Origin: Salibacteraceae bacterium
GTDB taxonomy: Bacteria; Bacteroidota; Bacteroidia; Flavobacteriales_G; Salibacteraceae
DNA length: 64,000 nt
Direction of reading: 5' to 3'
Assembly: GCA_965662345.1 (NCBI GenBank)
Contig: CBFIHE010000008.1
Span: 28,587 to 92,586 of the forward strand
Made by a program: the position numbers and the translations under genes. Positions 25,811 to 36,342 of this stretch are shown in pieces (position 1 is the stretch's first letter; each line of letters opens with the position of its first letter). The notes under the pieces are model-generated. The model was not told the DNA's origin. It was given only the letters and a program-made list of their open reading frames with translations, and did not search any database.

Positions 25811-27268
25811 TTGAAAAAACTAGATTGGTTCATAGTCAAGACCTACGTAGGCCCTTTTGTGCTTACGTTCTTCATAACGGTCTTTGTCTTTGAAATGCAG
25901 TTCCTGTGGCAGTATTTTGAAGATATGGTTGGCAAAGGCCTTGAGAACCAAGTGCTTTTTGAACTATTTCTCTATGCCTCGGCATCTTTTGTGAGCATGG
26001 CTCTTCCGCTTGCAATTTTGCTCTCCTCCATCATGACATTTGGAAACTTAGGAGAGAATTACGAGTTGGTTGCCATAAAAGCATCTGGTATCTCGCTGCG
26101 CAGGGCTATGCGCCCTCTACTCTATGTTACACTACTTTTAAGTGGTGTTGCATTCTTCTTCTCCAATAACGTATTGCCCATTGCCAATCTCAAGTTTAAA
26201 TCATTGCTGCACGATGTAATGCATCAGCGACCCGCGCTAGATTTTAAGCCGGGCGTATTCTACGATGGTATAGATGGGTATGTAATTCGTGTAAAATCTA
26301 AGGGAGAAGAAGGAAGAACACTTCAAGAAGTGCTCATTTATGACCACTCTCAATTAAATGGTAACCGAAAAGTTATTTCTGCAGAATCTGGCGAGATGTA
26401 TCTAAGCGAAGACAGCAGGTACCTCATTCTCAAGCTATACAACGGCTACCAATACGATGAACAGGTGGGTAGAAAGTTCCCTTTAATGCGAAGCACTTTT
26501 GATGTGCACCGCCTCAATTTCAATCTTGGTGGATTTGCCTTTGAAAGAACTGATGAGAGCCTTTTTAAAGACCACTATCAAATGCTCAATTTGGCACAAT
26601 TAACAGAAGCTACCGACTCACTTAAACAAGCGCGTACAGAACGTTATCAAGACTTTTCAGGAACCATGGAAGGGAGAAGCGCTGCATTTAGAGACACACT
26701 CAATCAGATTGAATCTCTGCAGGTTACAGCTTCAACACCGCTTTATATCGACTCCCTAAAACCCAATGAGAGAATTTCATTGTTGGCCACCGCAATAAAC
26801 CTTACTAGAGGTGGAAAAACCTTTTCAAACGCTATCCAGCAAGAGATAAGATCAAGAAGTGAACGTATTGTAAGGCACGAAGTAGAATGGCACAGAAAGT
26901 TTACCCTTTCTATAGCCTGCATCGTTTTATTTTTTATTGGCGCTCCACTGGGTGCTATTATACGCAAAGGCGGATTGGGAATGCCCGTTGTAATTTCTGT
27001 TTTCTTCTTTCTTATTTACCACGTAATCAGCATTACAGGAGAAAAACTTGTAAAAGGACTAGAGATAGAGCCTTACTTCGGAATGTGGATTTCCACCTTT
27101 ATACTGGCTCCTTTTGGTGCCTATTTAACTTACAAAGCCACTACAGATAGTGTATTGCTAGACGCTACCTTCTACACGAAATTATTAGAGCCTTTAAAAA
27201 GGCTCATCCCTCCTTTTTTAAAAAAGAAAGATAAGTCCGCAGATGCGCATTCTTCAGCTGTGTCATAA
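25811..27268 (+). CDS. LptF/LptG-family LPS export permease
   Basis: 485 aa with an MKKLDWFIVKTYVGPF N-terminus typical of YjgP/YjgQ permeases. It has 6 TM segments and a large periplasmic loop. The TTG start is kept because the N-terminus matches the family. Confidence 0.85.
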   Translation: MKKLDWFIVKTYVGPFVLTFFITVFVFEMQFLWQYFEDMVGKGLENQVLFELFLYASASFVSMALPLAILLSSIMTFGNLGENYELVAIKASGISLRRAMRPLLYVTLLLSGVAFFFSNNVLPIANLKFKSLLHDVMHQRPALDFKPGVFYDGIDGYVIRVKSKGEEGRTLQEVLIYDHSQLNGNRKVISAESGEMYLSEDSRYLILKLYNGYQYDEQVGRKFPLMRSTFDVHRLNFNLGGFAFERTDESLFKDHYQMLNLAQLTEATDSLKQARTERYQDFSGTMEGRSAAFRDTLNQIESLQVTASTPLYIDSLKPNERISLLATAINLTRGGKTFSNAIQQEIRSRSERIVRHEVEWHRKFTLSIACIVLFFIGAPLGAIIRKGGLGMPVVISVFFFLIYHVISITGEKLVKGLEIEPYFGMWISTFILAPFGAYLTYKATTDSVLLDATFYTKLLEPLKRLIPPFLKKKDKSADAHSSAVS

Positions 27269-28430
27269 GCCACCATTTCCCGCCAATGATGGTGGAACAC
27301 GAGCTATGCATGCTAACACCTTGGCGTTTGCAGAACTAGGTCACAAAGTAGATGTAGTTACACTGGAAACACCCAAACACCCCATGCTTTGGGATGAACT
27401 TACAGATGATTATTTAGAACTTGCCCAACCAGAGGTTCATTTCCACAACGCCACTCCAACAAAATTTGGCGCAGTTGCTGCCTATGCTTTTAGAGAAAAC
27501 TACCACCTTCAGCGTTTTGATGTTCCAGAAGTTCATGCGCTCATTTCTAAAAAACTCAGTGAACATACCTATGATGTGGTTTGGTTTGAGAGCGTTTACA
27601 CAGCTTGTTACTTAAAAACGGTAAGGGTTAATGCTTCTAAAGCTAAATGTATCCTTAGGGCGCACAATATTGAACACAAGCTATGGGAAGGCAGACTGAA
27701 TGACTACCCTGCTTACATGCAGCCGCTCATAAAAACGTTTAACACACGTTTAGAAGAAGCAGAAAAACAGGCTTTTATAGAAATGGATGCTGTAGCTGCT
27801 ATTTCCAAGCCTGATGCAACGTACATCAATTCCTTAGTTCCTGGCAAAGCCGATGTTACACTCTCCTACTTTCAATGGGATAACTCAAGCATATTGGCAA
27901 GCGAAAAGCCACTTCTTGTGCGGTACATTGGAGCTCTCGATTGGGAACCAAACATCCAAGGAGTAAAGTGGCTCGTAAATGATGTTTGGCCACTGGTTTA
28001 CAGAGATTTACCTGAAGCTAAACTAGAAATAGCTGGGAGAAATACTTTAGACCGTGTTTATAATCTCCAGAATGAATCAGTACATATACTAGGCGAAGTA
28101 GACAATGCTAGTCATTACATGCAAGAGGCCAGCGTTTTAGTTGTTCCTCTGTTCTCTGGTGGCGGAATTCGAATCAAACTCATTGAAGCTGCGTCACTCA
28201 AAAAAGCTATTGTTGCCACTCCTAAAGCCATAGAAGGACTTTCTTTTAGCACCCGTGCAATTCGGGTAGAAGAAACACCAGTAAAGTTTGCTGCTGCATT
28301 GGTTGATTTATTGAACAATCAGCAGGCCTGTAATAAATTGCAAAACCAAGCATACACTGAATTTGAAACGTTTTATGGGAAATCTGCTTATTTAAAGTCA
28401 GTTGAACAGCTCTTAATTCAAGAGATATGA
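27243..28430 (+). CDS. Glycosyltransferase family 4 (GT-B)
   Basis: 395 aa with an MRILQLCHKPPFPANDGG start and a C-terminal E..7..E-type region (GGIRIKLIEAASLKKAIV). Confidence 0.8.
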   Translation: MRILQLCHKPPFPANDGGTRAMHANTLAFAELGHKVDVVTLETPKHPMLWDELTDDYLELAQPEVHFHNATPTKFGAVAAYAFRENYHLQRFDVPEVHALISKKLSEHTYDVVWFESVYTACYLKTVRVNASKAKCILRAHNIEHKLWEGRLNDYPAYMQPLIKTFNTRLEEAEKQAFIEMDAVAAISKPDATYINSLVPGKADVTLSYFQWDNSSILASEKPLLVRYIGALDWEPNIQGVKWLVNDVWPLVYRDLPEAKLEIAGRNTLDRVYNLQNESVHILGEVDNASHYMQEASVLVVPLFSGGGIRIKLIEAASLKKAIVATPKAIEGLSFSTRAIRVEETPVKFAAALVDLLNNQQACNKLQNQAYTEFETFYGKSAYLKSVEQLLIQEI

Positions 28431-29593
28431 AGGTGTTGTTCTTACTTTCTAGAGTGCCATATCCGTTAGAAAAGGGCGATAAACTGCGTGCTTTCAATCA
28501 ACTTAAAATCATAAGCGAACAGCACAAGGTGATTTTAGTCTGTTTAAATGCTGGTAAGCTGCACCCTCAAGCAAAAGAAACGTTAGCTCCCTACTGTGAA
28601 GCCTTATACATAATCCCATTAAACAGGCTCACCATTGCCTGGAGTTTGATCAAATCATTTTGGGATTCTAAACCTTTTCAAATCAATTACTTCTACCAAA
28701 AGCAAGCCGCTCTTAAATTGAATACAATTATAGAAGAACACTTGCCTGCACACTTGTACGTTCAGCTCATTCGCACAGCTGAATATGTTAAACCCTATGC
28801 ATTTATACCCAATACCCTAGACTACATGGATGCCTTTAGTACTGGAATTGCCAGGAGAATGGCACATTCCGTTCCTGGCTTAAAGGCGTTGTTTGCAGAA
28901 GAAGCATCGCGACTCAAAATTTATGAGTCGGGAATATTTAAGCATTTTACCCATAAAACCATCATAAGTGAACAAGACAGACAGTTGATCGACCATCCAG
29001 ACAAAGAAGAAATTAAAATAATACGTAATGGAGTAGATTTTCAATTCTTCACCCCGCAAGAAGTGCCTAAGAAGTATGATTTGGTCTTTTGCGGTAATAT
29101 GGCCTACCCTCCTAATATCAAGGCCGCTAAATACTTGGTAGAATACATCTTGCCAGAAATTCACAAATCAGCACCTAAAACCACCCTACTTATTGCAGGA
29201 GCAACACCTGTATCGGCAGTAAAGGCTCTTGCATCTAATCAGGTTACCGTTTCTGGTTGGATGGACGATATCCGCGATGCCTACGCTCAATCATGCGTTT
29301 TTATTGCTCCCATGGAAATTGGTACAGGGCTTCAAAACAAATTACTAGAAGCAATGGCAATGAAACTACCTTGTGTAACTTCGCCATTAGCCAATAAAGC
29401 ATTGGGTGCAAAATTGAATACAGAGATTTTAGTTGGTGATTCTGTGCAAACCTATACTGAGCACGTGTTAGCTTTATTAAATGATCAGACTTACCGAAAA
29501 TCTATAGCAGATGCTGGATGCCGCTTTGTTTTGAACGAGTTTAGTTGGAAGGCAAATACAAAACATCTGCTTGAATTATTTGAAAAAGATTAG
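28427..29593 (+). CDS. Glycosyltransferase family 4 (GT-B)
   Basis: 388 aa with an MKVLFLLSRVPYPLEKGDKLR start and a GTGLQNKLLEAMAMKLPCV block. ATGA overlap with the upstream GT. Confidence 0.8.
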   Translation: MKVLFLLSRVPYPLEKGDKLRAFNQLKIISEQHKVILVCLNAGKLHPQAKETLAPYCEALYIIPLNRLTIAWSLIKSFWDSKPFQINYFYQKQAALKLNTIIEEHLPAHLYVQLIRTAEYVKPYAFIPNTLDYMDAFSTGIARRMAHSVPGLKALFAEEASRLKIYESGIFKHFTHKTIISEQDRQLIDHPDKEEIKIIRNGVDFQFFTPQEVPKKYDLVFCGNMAYPPNIKAAKYLVEYILPEIHKSAPKTTLLIAGATPVSAVKALASNQVTVSGWMDDIRDAYAQSCVFIAPMEIGTGLQNKLLEAMAMKLPCVTSPLANKALGAKLNTEILVGDSVQTYTEHVLALLNDQTYRKSIADAGCRFVLNEFSWKANTKHLLELFEKD

Positions 29594-29653
29594 TTTGGCA
29601 CAGCCTTTGGAAAGACTTGATTAAAATCAGGTTTATTAAATTGAATAAGCATT

Positions 29654-29661
29654 TACTTTTG
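29654..29661 (+). promoter_or_regulatory. Candidate -7 promoter box (TACTTTTG)
   Basis: TAnnTTTG match 19 nt upstream of ATG 29680. It supports that start over the track's TTG at 29617. Confidence 0.35.
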
Positions 29662-29679
29662 AAAACAAATCCTAGAAAA

Positions 29680-30273
29680 ATGAAAAACATGAGATCCTTA
29701 GCCGTTGCGGCAGTAGTAGGTATGATGGCATTCGCAAGCACATCATGCAAGAAAAAAGAAGAAGTAGTAGAAGCTAAACCCAAAGGTGAAACCTTAGTTG
29801 AGGTTTACTGTTCAGGTCCTGAGTACTTTACAAATCAAGAGTATTTTAGATCAAACTCTATTGGAGAGTCATTAGATCAGATGACAGCAAAGAAAAAAGC
29901 ATTGAGTAATGCACGTGCTCAATTGGCTGCAGATTTGGAAGTTACCATGAAGGTAGTTGGTGATAACTACGTAAAGTCTAGTGAATTCAACAATAAAGAA
30001 GAAATCACTGAAACTTTCCAAGAGAACGCAAGAACAGTTGTTAACCAGGTTCTACAAGGAACACGTACTATTTGTGAAAAGCAAACGAAAACAGTAGAAG
30101 GTAAATACAAGACTTACATTGCTATAGAGCTTAGCGCAGATGAGTTGTTAAACAAATACAACGAGCGCTTAAGTAATGATGAGGCTTTAAAAGCTGATTA
30201 CAACTACGAAAAGTTTAAAGAAACGTTTGACGCTGAAATGGAAAAGCTAGAGCGTGAAAGAGGCGGAATGTAG
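29680..30273 (+). CDS. LPP20-like lipoprotein
   Basis: MKNMRSLAVAAVVGMMAFASTSC contains a lipobox. AKKKALSNARAQLAADLEVTMKVV resembles the LPP20 helix-strand signature. Confidence 0.55.
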   Translation: MKNMRSLAVAAVVGMMAFASTSCKKKEEVVEAKPKGETLVEVYCSGPEYFTNQEYFRSNSIGESLDQMTAKKKALSNARAQLAADLEVTMKVVGDNYVKSSEFNNKEEITETFQENARTVVNQVLQGTRTICEKQTKTVEGKYKTYIAIELSADELLNKYNERLSNDEALKADYNYEKFKETFDAEMEKLERERGGM

Positions 30274-30297
30274 AAGACGCTTCAAAGAAGTAATAAA

Positions 30298-30330
30298 CCC
30301 TGGAGACAATGTCTTCAGGGTTTTCTTTTG
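30298..30330 (+). terminator. Rho-independent terminator
   Basis: CCCTGGAGAC-AAT-GTCTTCAGGG (one G-U pair) followed by TTTTCTTTTG. Confidence 0.55.
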
Positions 30331-30336
30331 CTCCTA

Positions 30337-31722
30337 CTATTTTAGAAATGCTCTATGAAATTGAGGCACCCACTTTAACTCAATTTCTTCAGATACTTTT
30401 TCCAATGCCTTACTCGCTGCCGAGGATTCACTTAACTGCACACCTCGCACGTTTGAAATACGTTGTAAATGAACTTCTTCATTGGTTTCTGCATCGGTAA
30501 CAGCAAAACTACCCTCTGCTCCTGCCGTATACCTTCCTGAATTCTCATTCAATATGCGTACAGTTAAATCTATCTTTACGAATAGCCTAGCATCTTTTGC
30601 TGAAGAAACTAAACGGTATCTTTTTTTACCCAAAGCATCCTTAACAGCACTTTTAAGCACCTCATTGCCTGCTTCTTTACCTAAAACGCTACAGTTCACG
30701 TCTACATAAACAGTAGGAGGCTCTACGTTAAGCGCTAGTCTAGCGGGTGGACCTTGCAGGCCTTCAACCAAGTCTGCTACAAACGCATCTTTTTCACCTT
30801 CTATTTCTTCATAAACCGTGCGCAAACTCAGAGAAGCTTCAATATGTTGGGTGGCATTCACAGAGCGTAACTTACCTAAGCCAGCAACAGCAATTCCAGC
30901 TGCATCTGTTACAACTAGCCTGGGTCTTATATACCCTTCTGTGTAAGAAAAGCGTATCGGCATATTCGTTACGGGCTTACCCTTCCTTATCAGTTCAAAA
31001 GTCAATTCAGAAGAAGAGAAAGAATGTCCCCATGAAGTTCTAATAGAAGATTTAGTAGGGTTAAGCTTCATGGATACAGCCAACTCTCCTATTGCTTTCA
31101 TCAATTCTGTGCCCCAATAGACTTCATTGCCTTGATATTGCGTTTTGAGTTGCTCATTTAGATACGGTGCCACTGGATTTAGAGCTTGCATGTAGAGCTG
31201 TAAGGCTTCTCTGTAATTTCCTCCTGCTTCTTGTGTTTTTCCCTCTTCATAAGATACCATAGACTCACTTACAGCTTTATCTATAGCTGCCTGCTTATCA
31301 GCCTTATACCTAGCCTTACTTAGTCTGTAGAAGAGATAATAATCTGTAGAAGTCTCATAAACATCAACCTGCTCAAAATTCTTAATACTCGTATTCGTTG
31401 TAAGCTTTGTAAAACTCTTAAATTCTTCCTTTAACTCTCCATTCTGCTCCAAACTAAACAACATGGAGTTACTGTTTACATTCACTTCAATTTCTGAAGC
31501 TAGCTCATTTAATGCCTGCCTCTTTGCCTCTTCGTGAAAATTAAGCGGAAACTGCATTTTGCTCGCTACACCAATTCCAATATAATAGGCACCATCAATG
31601 GGCCTGCTCAAAACCCAATCTGGTTTGAGCGCATCTGAAGAAGGTACCGTTTTTTGTGAAGAGCTACACGAGAATAATAAAAGGACTACAAAGGAATAAG
31701 ACAGAAATCGGAATGCATTCAT
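30337..31722 (-). CDS. Lipoprotein with an N-terminal LPP20 domain and a C-terminal LpoB/FlgO-like region
   Basis: 461 aa with a lipobox (LLFSC). PDWVLSRPIDGAYYIGIGVA...AKRQALNELASEIEVNVNS is LPP20-like. Confidence 0.6.
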   Translation of the reverse strand: MNAFRFLSYSFVVLLLFSCSSSQKTVPSSDALKPDWVLSRPIDGAYYIGIGVASKMQFPLNFHEEAKRQALNELASEIEVNVNSNSMLFSLEQNGELKEEFKSFTKLTTNTSIKNFEQVDVYETSTDYYLFYRLSKARYKADKQAAIDKAVSESMVSYEEGKTQEAGGNYREALQLYMQALNPVAPYLNEQLKTQYQGNEVYWGTELMKAIGELAVSMKLNPTKSSIRTSWGHSFSSSELTFELIRKGKPVTNMPIRFSYTEGYIRPRLVVTDAAGIAVAGLGKLRSVNATQHIEASLSLRTVYEEIEGEKDAFVADLVEGLQGPPARLALNVEPPTVYVDVNCSVLGKEAGNEVLKSAVKDALGKKRYRLVSSAKDARLFVKIDLTVRILNENSGRYTAGAEGSFAVTDAETNEEVHLQRISNVRGVQLSESSAASKALEKVSEEIELKWVPQFHRAFLK

Positions 31723-33113
31723 TAGTCGGGATTGTATTTTTCTATTACGTATGCGATACGTTTAGCCAGGCCTTCTGAAAGCTCTGTATCAAGCTCTGCA
31801 AAAGACTTTAATGATGTTTTGGATGTCGTAAACTTAGCATTAAGCGCCTGTTTTTGACGGTAAGATGTAAATACCTTATCTCCTGCAACCATTGCTCCAG
31901 AAGAGCTCTTATATGTGCCGCCATAAAGATTCTTGTAGTTGCCCTTATACCTTGCATAACTCACAATATCTCGCTTTGAAGACTTAATCATCTCAGAAGC
32001 CATTAATTCACCTGTTTCTGTATTTACTACATCTATTTGAACGGTACAGAATACTTCAGAAGCACCAGAATACTCGGTGTAGAAGGTTTTTCTGTAATTG
32101 GTTTTGTAAGAAGTTTTGCCCGTTTCCTTATTCACTTGCTTCACTCTGAAAGACTCATAACCTTGTTGGCGCTGAGCTTGAACTCGGCCTCCTTGCTTTT
32201 CATATGAAAGAACTTTCCCCGTAATCAAGACATTGGCACCGCGCATTTCAGAAATATCCAAATCTCCACCAGTTTCTAGACTTACCTGTTGTTCTTTCTT
32301 TATTTGATCTAGGTTAGATCGGTCCAGTACCTTAATGAACGGGTTTTTGGTACGCATAAGGCTTTGAACAGTACCTGCATATAATTTCTCGTCTACGGTT
32401 CCAGCTTTCCCAGATTTATCTTCAAACGGAACGACAGCAACTGTAAGAATAGCCTCATCTAATGCCATTTGCTTAATATCAATGGCATCTTTATAGGTAC
32501 CTTTCACGCCTATCACTTCTTGCATTAGCGTATAAGCCATTCTGTATTTGCCCGCATCAAATGCCTTTATCCCTTCTTGGTAGATAGGTTCTACAGTAGT
32601 CATCTTCGCCATTTCACCTGCATCTCGATATTCTGGCTTTAGATCTATTATTTCTTTAAAGATGCCGTCTGCTTCTTGGTACTTCTGTTCATAAACAAGT
32701 TCAGACGCCTTCTCATAACGTTGCTCTAAATAAACATCCAAATCTTCATTGTAGTACTGTTCGTAATACGGAGGCACTTCTATATCTACAAATGGACTGT
32801 AAAGGTCTTTTAAGTCCATGGCATCGCGGTATTTATACACCGCTTCTCCATATGCCTGCAACGAATGTGCCTTGTAATACTCATTCAGCTTACTCGTTAC
32901 AATTGAACCCCCTGTTTGCTTAAGGCCAATTTTGGCATCAATATTCTGCGGGTTTCGCAAAAGAGATTGATAATAAAAATCAGCAGCTTCATTAGTTAGA
33001 CCCGCCTCTTGCAGTTTACGTGCCTTCTTACTAAATGATTTTGATCCAGAACATCCCTCAATGAGGATGACAGATAAAAAGAGAATAACTAATGTGAAGT
33101 AACGCTTTTTCAT
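31722..33113 (-). CDS. TPR lipoprotein with a C-terminal CsgG/LpoB-like domain
   Basis: The likely start is MKKRYFTLVILFLSVILIEGC (33113); the track extends to 33197. It has TPR-like helices and then ILTVAVVPFEDKSGKAG...VLDRSNLDQIKKEQQ, which is typical of CsgG-like lipoproteins. Confidence 0.6.
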   Translation of the reverse strand: MKKRYFTLVILFLSVILIEGCSGSKSFSKKARKLQEAGLTNEAADFYYQSLLRNPQNIDAKIGLKQTGGSIVTSKLNEYYKAHSLQAYGEAVYKYRDAMDLKDLYSPFVDIEVPPYYEQYYNEDLDVYLEQRYEKASELVYEQKYQEADGIFKEIIDLKPEYRDAGEMAKMTTVEPIYQEGIKAFDAGKYRMAYTLMQEVIGVKGTYKDAIDIKQMALDEAILTVAVVPFEDKSGKAGTVDEKLYAGTVQSLMRTKNPFIKVLDRSNLDQIKKEQQVSLETGGDLDISEMRGANVLITGKVLSYEKQGGRVQAQRQQGYESFRVKQVNKETGKTSYKTNYRKTFYTEYSGASEVFCTVQIDVVNTETGELMASEMIKSSKRDIVSYARYKGNYKNLYGGTYKSSSGAMVAGDKVFTSYRQKQALNAKFTTSKTSLKSFAELDTELSEGLAKRIAYVIEKYNPD

Positions 33114-33358
33114 TATCCGATAATCAGAGTGAACAAATATAACAGGCAGTAGAGTATAGTTAAGACATAATGAACAAAAGCTTTGCCAAAAAACCATATA
33201 TACTCTTTAAATGTACATTTCACACATGTACCACATGCCTCTTAAAGAATTCTTATACTCTATATATCAGACTTTTAAATTGTATTGTTAAAAGTAATAC
33301 TTCATATATTCTGACATGATTTGAAGTGTGCTATCTCCAGCCCCAAATCCATAAAAGA

Positions 33359-33366
33359 TACATTTG
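33359..33366 (+). promoter_or_regulatory. Candidate -7 promoter box (TACATTTG)
   Basis: TAnnTTTG match 48 nt upstream of ATG 33414. A second identical copy lies at 33402-33409. Confidence 0.3.
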
Positions 33367-33413
33367 TAACCTTTGCGTTTTATCCAATGAAATAAATAGT
33401 ATACATTTGTATC

Positions 33414-33869
33414 ATGTCGACAATACAGGATAGGTTGCGCATTTTCATGCATTTTAAGAAACTGAATGCTACTCAGCTCTCAGAGATTATAGATGTACAA
33501 CGCTCAAGTATATCTCACGTTCTTAACGGCAGAAATAAGCCTAGTTTAGAGTTTGTACAGCGACTGGTGAAGGAATTTCCTGAAGTAAGCTTTGAATGGC
33601 TTGTAAATGGCTCAGGTAGCTTAACTAAGACTGGTACAAATGTAACACCTCCTTCTACAACTCAAACAGATGATGTAGTTACAAATGTTACGCAAGAAGA
33701 TACAAGTACCACCACTTTAGCAGGCAGCGTGCGTAAAGATGATGCTGGACAAGTGTCGGAACCTGTAAATAAACCTATCCAAGAACCTGATAAGGAAAGT
33801 GTTAGGCCAATTAAGAAAATAGTAGTCTTCTACCAGAATGGAACCTTTGAGGAGTATTTTCCTAGGTAG
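33414..33869 (+). CDS. XRE-type helix-turn-helix transcriptional regulator
   Basis: 151 aa. LNATQLSEIIDVQRSSISHVLNGRNKPSLEFVQRLVKEFPEVSFEWLVNGSG is followed by a T/V-rich low-complexity tail. Confidence 0.8.
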   Translation: MSTIQDRLRIFMHFKKLNATQLSEIIDVQRSSISHVLNGRNKPSLEFVQRLVKEFPEVSFEWLVNGSGSLTKTGTNVTPPSTTQTDDVVTNVTQEDTSTTTLAGSVRKDDAGQVSEPVNKPIQEPDKESVRPIKKIVVFYQNGTFEEYFPR

Positions 33870-33910
33870 AAAACAGAAGAAACACCTCACTCCTTTTTGG
33901 TAAACAAAAA

Positions 33911-33948
33911 CGCCTTGGTGATCCACTTCTCACCAAGGCGTTTTTCAA
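33911..33948. terminator. Bidirectional rho-independent terminator
   Basis: CGCCTTGGTGA-TCCACTTC-TCACCAAGGCG is flanked by AAAAA upstream and TTTTT downstream, between convergent genes. Confidence 0.75.
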
Positions 33949-33966
33949 TTTTAGTCTACCTGCCCT

Positions 33967-36183
33967 CTACTCCAACTCTAACAATAGGGCATTGAAAGTA
34001 TGGCTTGGTCGCATTACAGAAGATAGCTTTTGTCTATTTGGGTGGTAGTATCCTTCTAAGTTAACCTCATGACCTTGATCTTTTTCAAGCTCCGTCAATA
34101 TCTGGTCAATGCTTCTTTCAAGCTTAAGCGCTACATCTTTAAAGAATTCTTGAAGTATAGGGTCTTTATCTTGCTTAGACAACATTTGTGCCCAATATAA
34201 GGCAAGGTAAACGTGAGAGCCTCTATTATCTAGCTCACCAACTTTTCGTTTTGGGCTCTTTTCATCCATTAGTAGAATTGTAGTAGCCTCATCTAATGCA
34301 TCTGCCAGTACTTTAGCCTTGGTATTATTCAAATGCTCGTACATGTGATTTAAACTTGCGGCTAAAGCCAGGAATTCTCCCAATGAGTCCCAACGTAGGT
34401 GATTTTCTTTTACCAATTGGGCCACATGTTTAGGTGCAGAACCTCCAGCGCCCGTTTCAAACAAGCCGCCACCTTTCATTAGGGGCACTATACTGAGCAT
34501 TTTGGCACTTGTTCCAAGCTCAAGAATGGGAAAGAGATCTGTAAGGTAATCCCTTAGCACATTTCCAGTAACAGAAATGGTATCTTCTCCTCTTCTAGTT
34601 CTGTTTAAGGTTTCTAAGCAAGCATCAACAGGGTTCATTATCCGAATATCTAGACCTGTTGTATCCTCCTCAGCCAAATATGCTTTCACTTTTTTGATTA
34701 GTTCAGAATCATGCGCTCTATTTTCATCTAGCCAGAAAATAGCTGGCATTTTAGAAAGCTTGGCGCGTTCAACAGCCAATAGCACCCAGTTTTTAACTGG
34801 AGCGTCTTTTACTTGGCAGGCTCGCCAAATATCACCCTCCTCTACACTATGCTCTAGAAGTACTTCTCCATCTCTAACAACTTTAACAATACCATTGCTG
34901 GGCAGAATGAATGTTTTATCGTGTGAACCATACTCCTCTGCTTTTTGCGCCATTAAGCCCACATTGGCTACAGTACCCATTATTGTAGGATCAAATGCCC
35001 CATTCTCTTTGCAATGTTCTATAGTCGCACTGTAAATACCTGCGTAAGTGCTATCTGGTATAATAGCTAAGGTATCTTGGGTATTGCCAGATTTATCCCA
35101 CATCTTACCAGAGTTGCGAATCATAGCAGGCATAGAAGCATCTATAATAACGTCACTTGGAACATGTAAATTGGTGATTCCTTTGTCAGAATCTACCATT
35201 GCCAACTCTGGCCTATTGGTAAAACAGTCTTCTATTGCTTGTTCAATCTCTAACCTGCGCTCTTGAGGCAGATTTCCCAACTTATTCACGAGAGCTCCAA
35301 AGCCGTTATTCAAATTTACACCTAAGGCTTTAAAATCTTCAGCATACCTTTTTAATACAGGCTCAATAAAGGCACTTACTGCAAGCCCAAACATCACAGG
35401 GTCTGAAACCTTCATCATGGTAGCTTTCATATGCAGAGAGAACAGTACCCCTTCTGCTTTTGCGGCCTTAATTTGCTCAGAAATAAACGCCAGGAAAGCC
35501 TTTTTGCTCATAAAGGTGGCGTCTATCACCTCACCTTCTTCAAGAAGCAATCCTTTTTTGAGCTGGGTTGTTTCTCCTTTGCTCTCAAAAAGAATATCAA
35601 CAGAGCACGCTTTATCTATTGTAACTGATTGCTCATTGTGAAAGAAATCACCAGTTTGCATCGTAGCTACTCGAGTCTTAGAGTCTTTACTCCAAGCTCC
35701 CATTGAATGAGGATGTTTTTTTGCGTAAGCTTTAACCGCCATAGGAGCTCTGCGGTCTGAGTTCCCTTCACGAAGAACTGGATTTACAGCACTTCCTTTA
35801 ACCGAGTCATAAACTGCCTTAACCCGCTTTTCCTCTTCGTTTATTGGGTTATCGGGATAATTGGGTATGGCATAACCAGCCTGTTGCAATTCTGCTATGG
35901 TAGCCCTAAGCTGAGGAATTGATGCAGATATGTTTGGCAGTTTAATAATATTGGTTTCTGGCTTATTGGTTGCATCACCCAAGTATGCCAATGCGTCTTC
36001 AACGCGTTGCTCATCCCTCAACACGTTATTGAACGCGGCCAACACCCTTGCAGATAGTGAAATATCTTTTGTAACCACCTCAATATCTGCTTGTTTCAGG
36101 AATGTTCTTACAATAGGCAAAAAAGAATGGGTGGCTAAAGCTGGAGCTTCATCTGTGTAGGTATAATATATTCTGTTGCTCAT
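33967..36183 (-). CDS. icd: NADP-dependent isocitrate dehydrogenase, monomeric type
   Basis: 738 aa. It has the N-terminus [25 protein letters not shown] and the size characteristic of monomeric IDH. Confidence 0.92.
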   Translation of the reverse strand: MSNRIYYTYTDEAPALATHSFLPIVRTFLKQADIEVVTKDISLSARVLAAFNNVLRDEQRVEDALAYLGDATNKPETNIIKLPNISASIPQLRATIAELQQAGYAIPNYPDNPINEEEKRVKAVYDSVKGSAVNPVLREGNSDRRAPMAVKAYAKKHPHSMGAWSKDSKTRVATMQTGDFFHNEQSVTIDKACSVDILFESKGETTQLKKGLLLEEGEVIDATFMSKKAFLAFISEQIKAAKAEGVLFSLHMKATMMKVSDPVMFGLAVSAFIEPVLKRYAEDFKALGVNLNNGFGALVNKLGNLPQERRLEIEQAIEDCFTNRPELAMVDSDKGITNLHVPSDVIIDASMPAMIRNSGKMWDKSGNTQDTLAIIPDSTYAGIYSATIEHCKENGAFDPTIMGTVANVGLMAQKAEEYGSHDKTFILPSNGIVKVVRDGEVLLEHSVEEGDIWRACQVKDAPVKNWVLLAVERAKLSKMPAIFWLDENRAHDSELIKKVKAYLAEEDTTGLDIRIMNPVDACLETLNRTRRGEDTISVTGNVLRDYLTDLFPILELGTSAKMLSIVPLMKGGGLFETGAGGSAPKHVAQLVKENHLRWDSLGEFLALAASLNHMYEHLNNTKAKVLADALDEATTILLMDEKSPKRKVGELDNRGSHVYLALYWAQMLSKQDKDPILQEFFKDVALKLERSIDQILTELEKDQGHEVNLEGYYHPNRQKLSSVMRPSHTFNALLLELE

Positions 36184-36342
36184 GTTCAGGGTTACTACAA
36201 ATGCGATTACTAATGAGTCGCAAAGCTATAAAGAGCATCTCAGAAAAAAATGTGATATATGTCTCGTATTAACAATAATTTCAACGGAAAATGGCATGAA
36301 AAACCAATAGGATACCCTTTCTTCGTTATCAAATCAGACACA

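Noticed and set aside
34577-35035. 152-aa antisense ORF inside icd, plus several smaller ones between 35048 and 36160
   Set aside because: They are shadow ORFs opposite monomeric isocitrate dehydrogenase and have no independent support.
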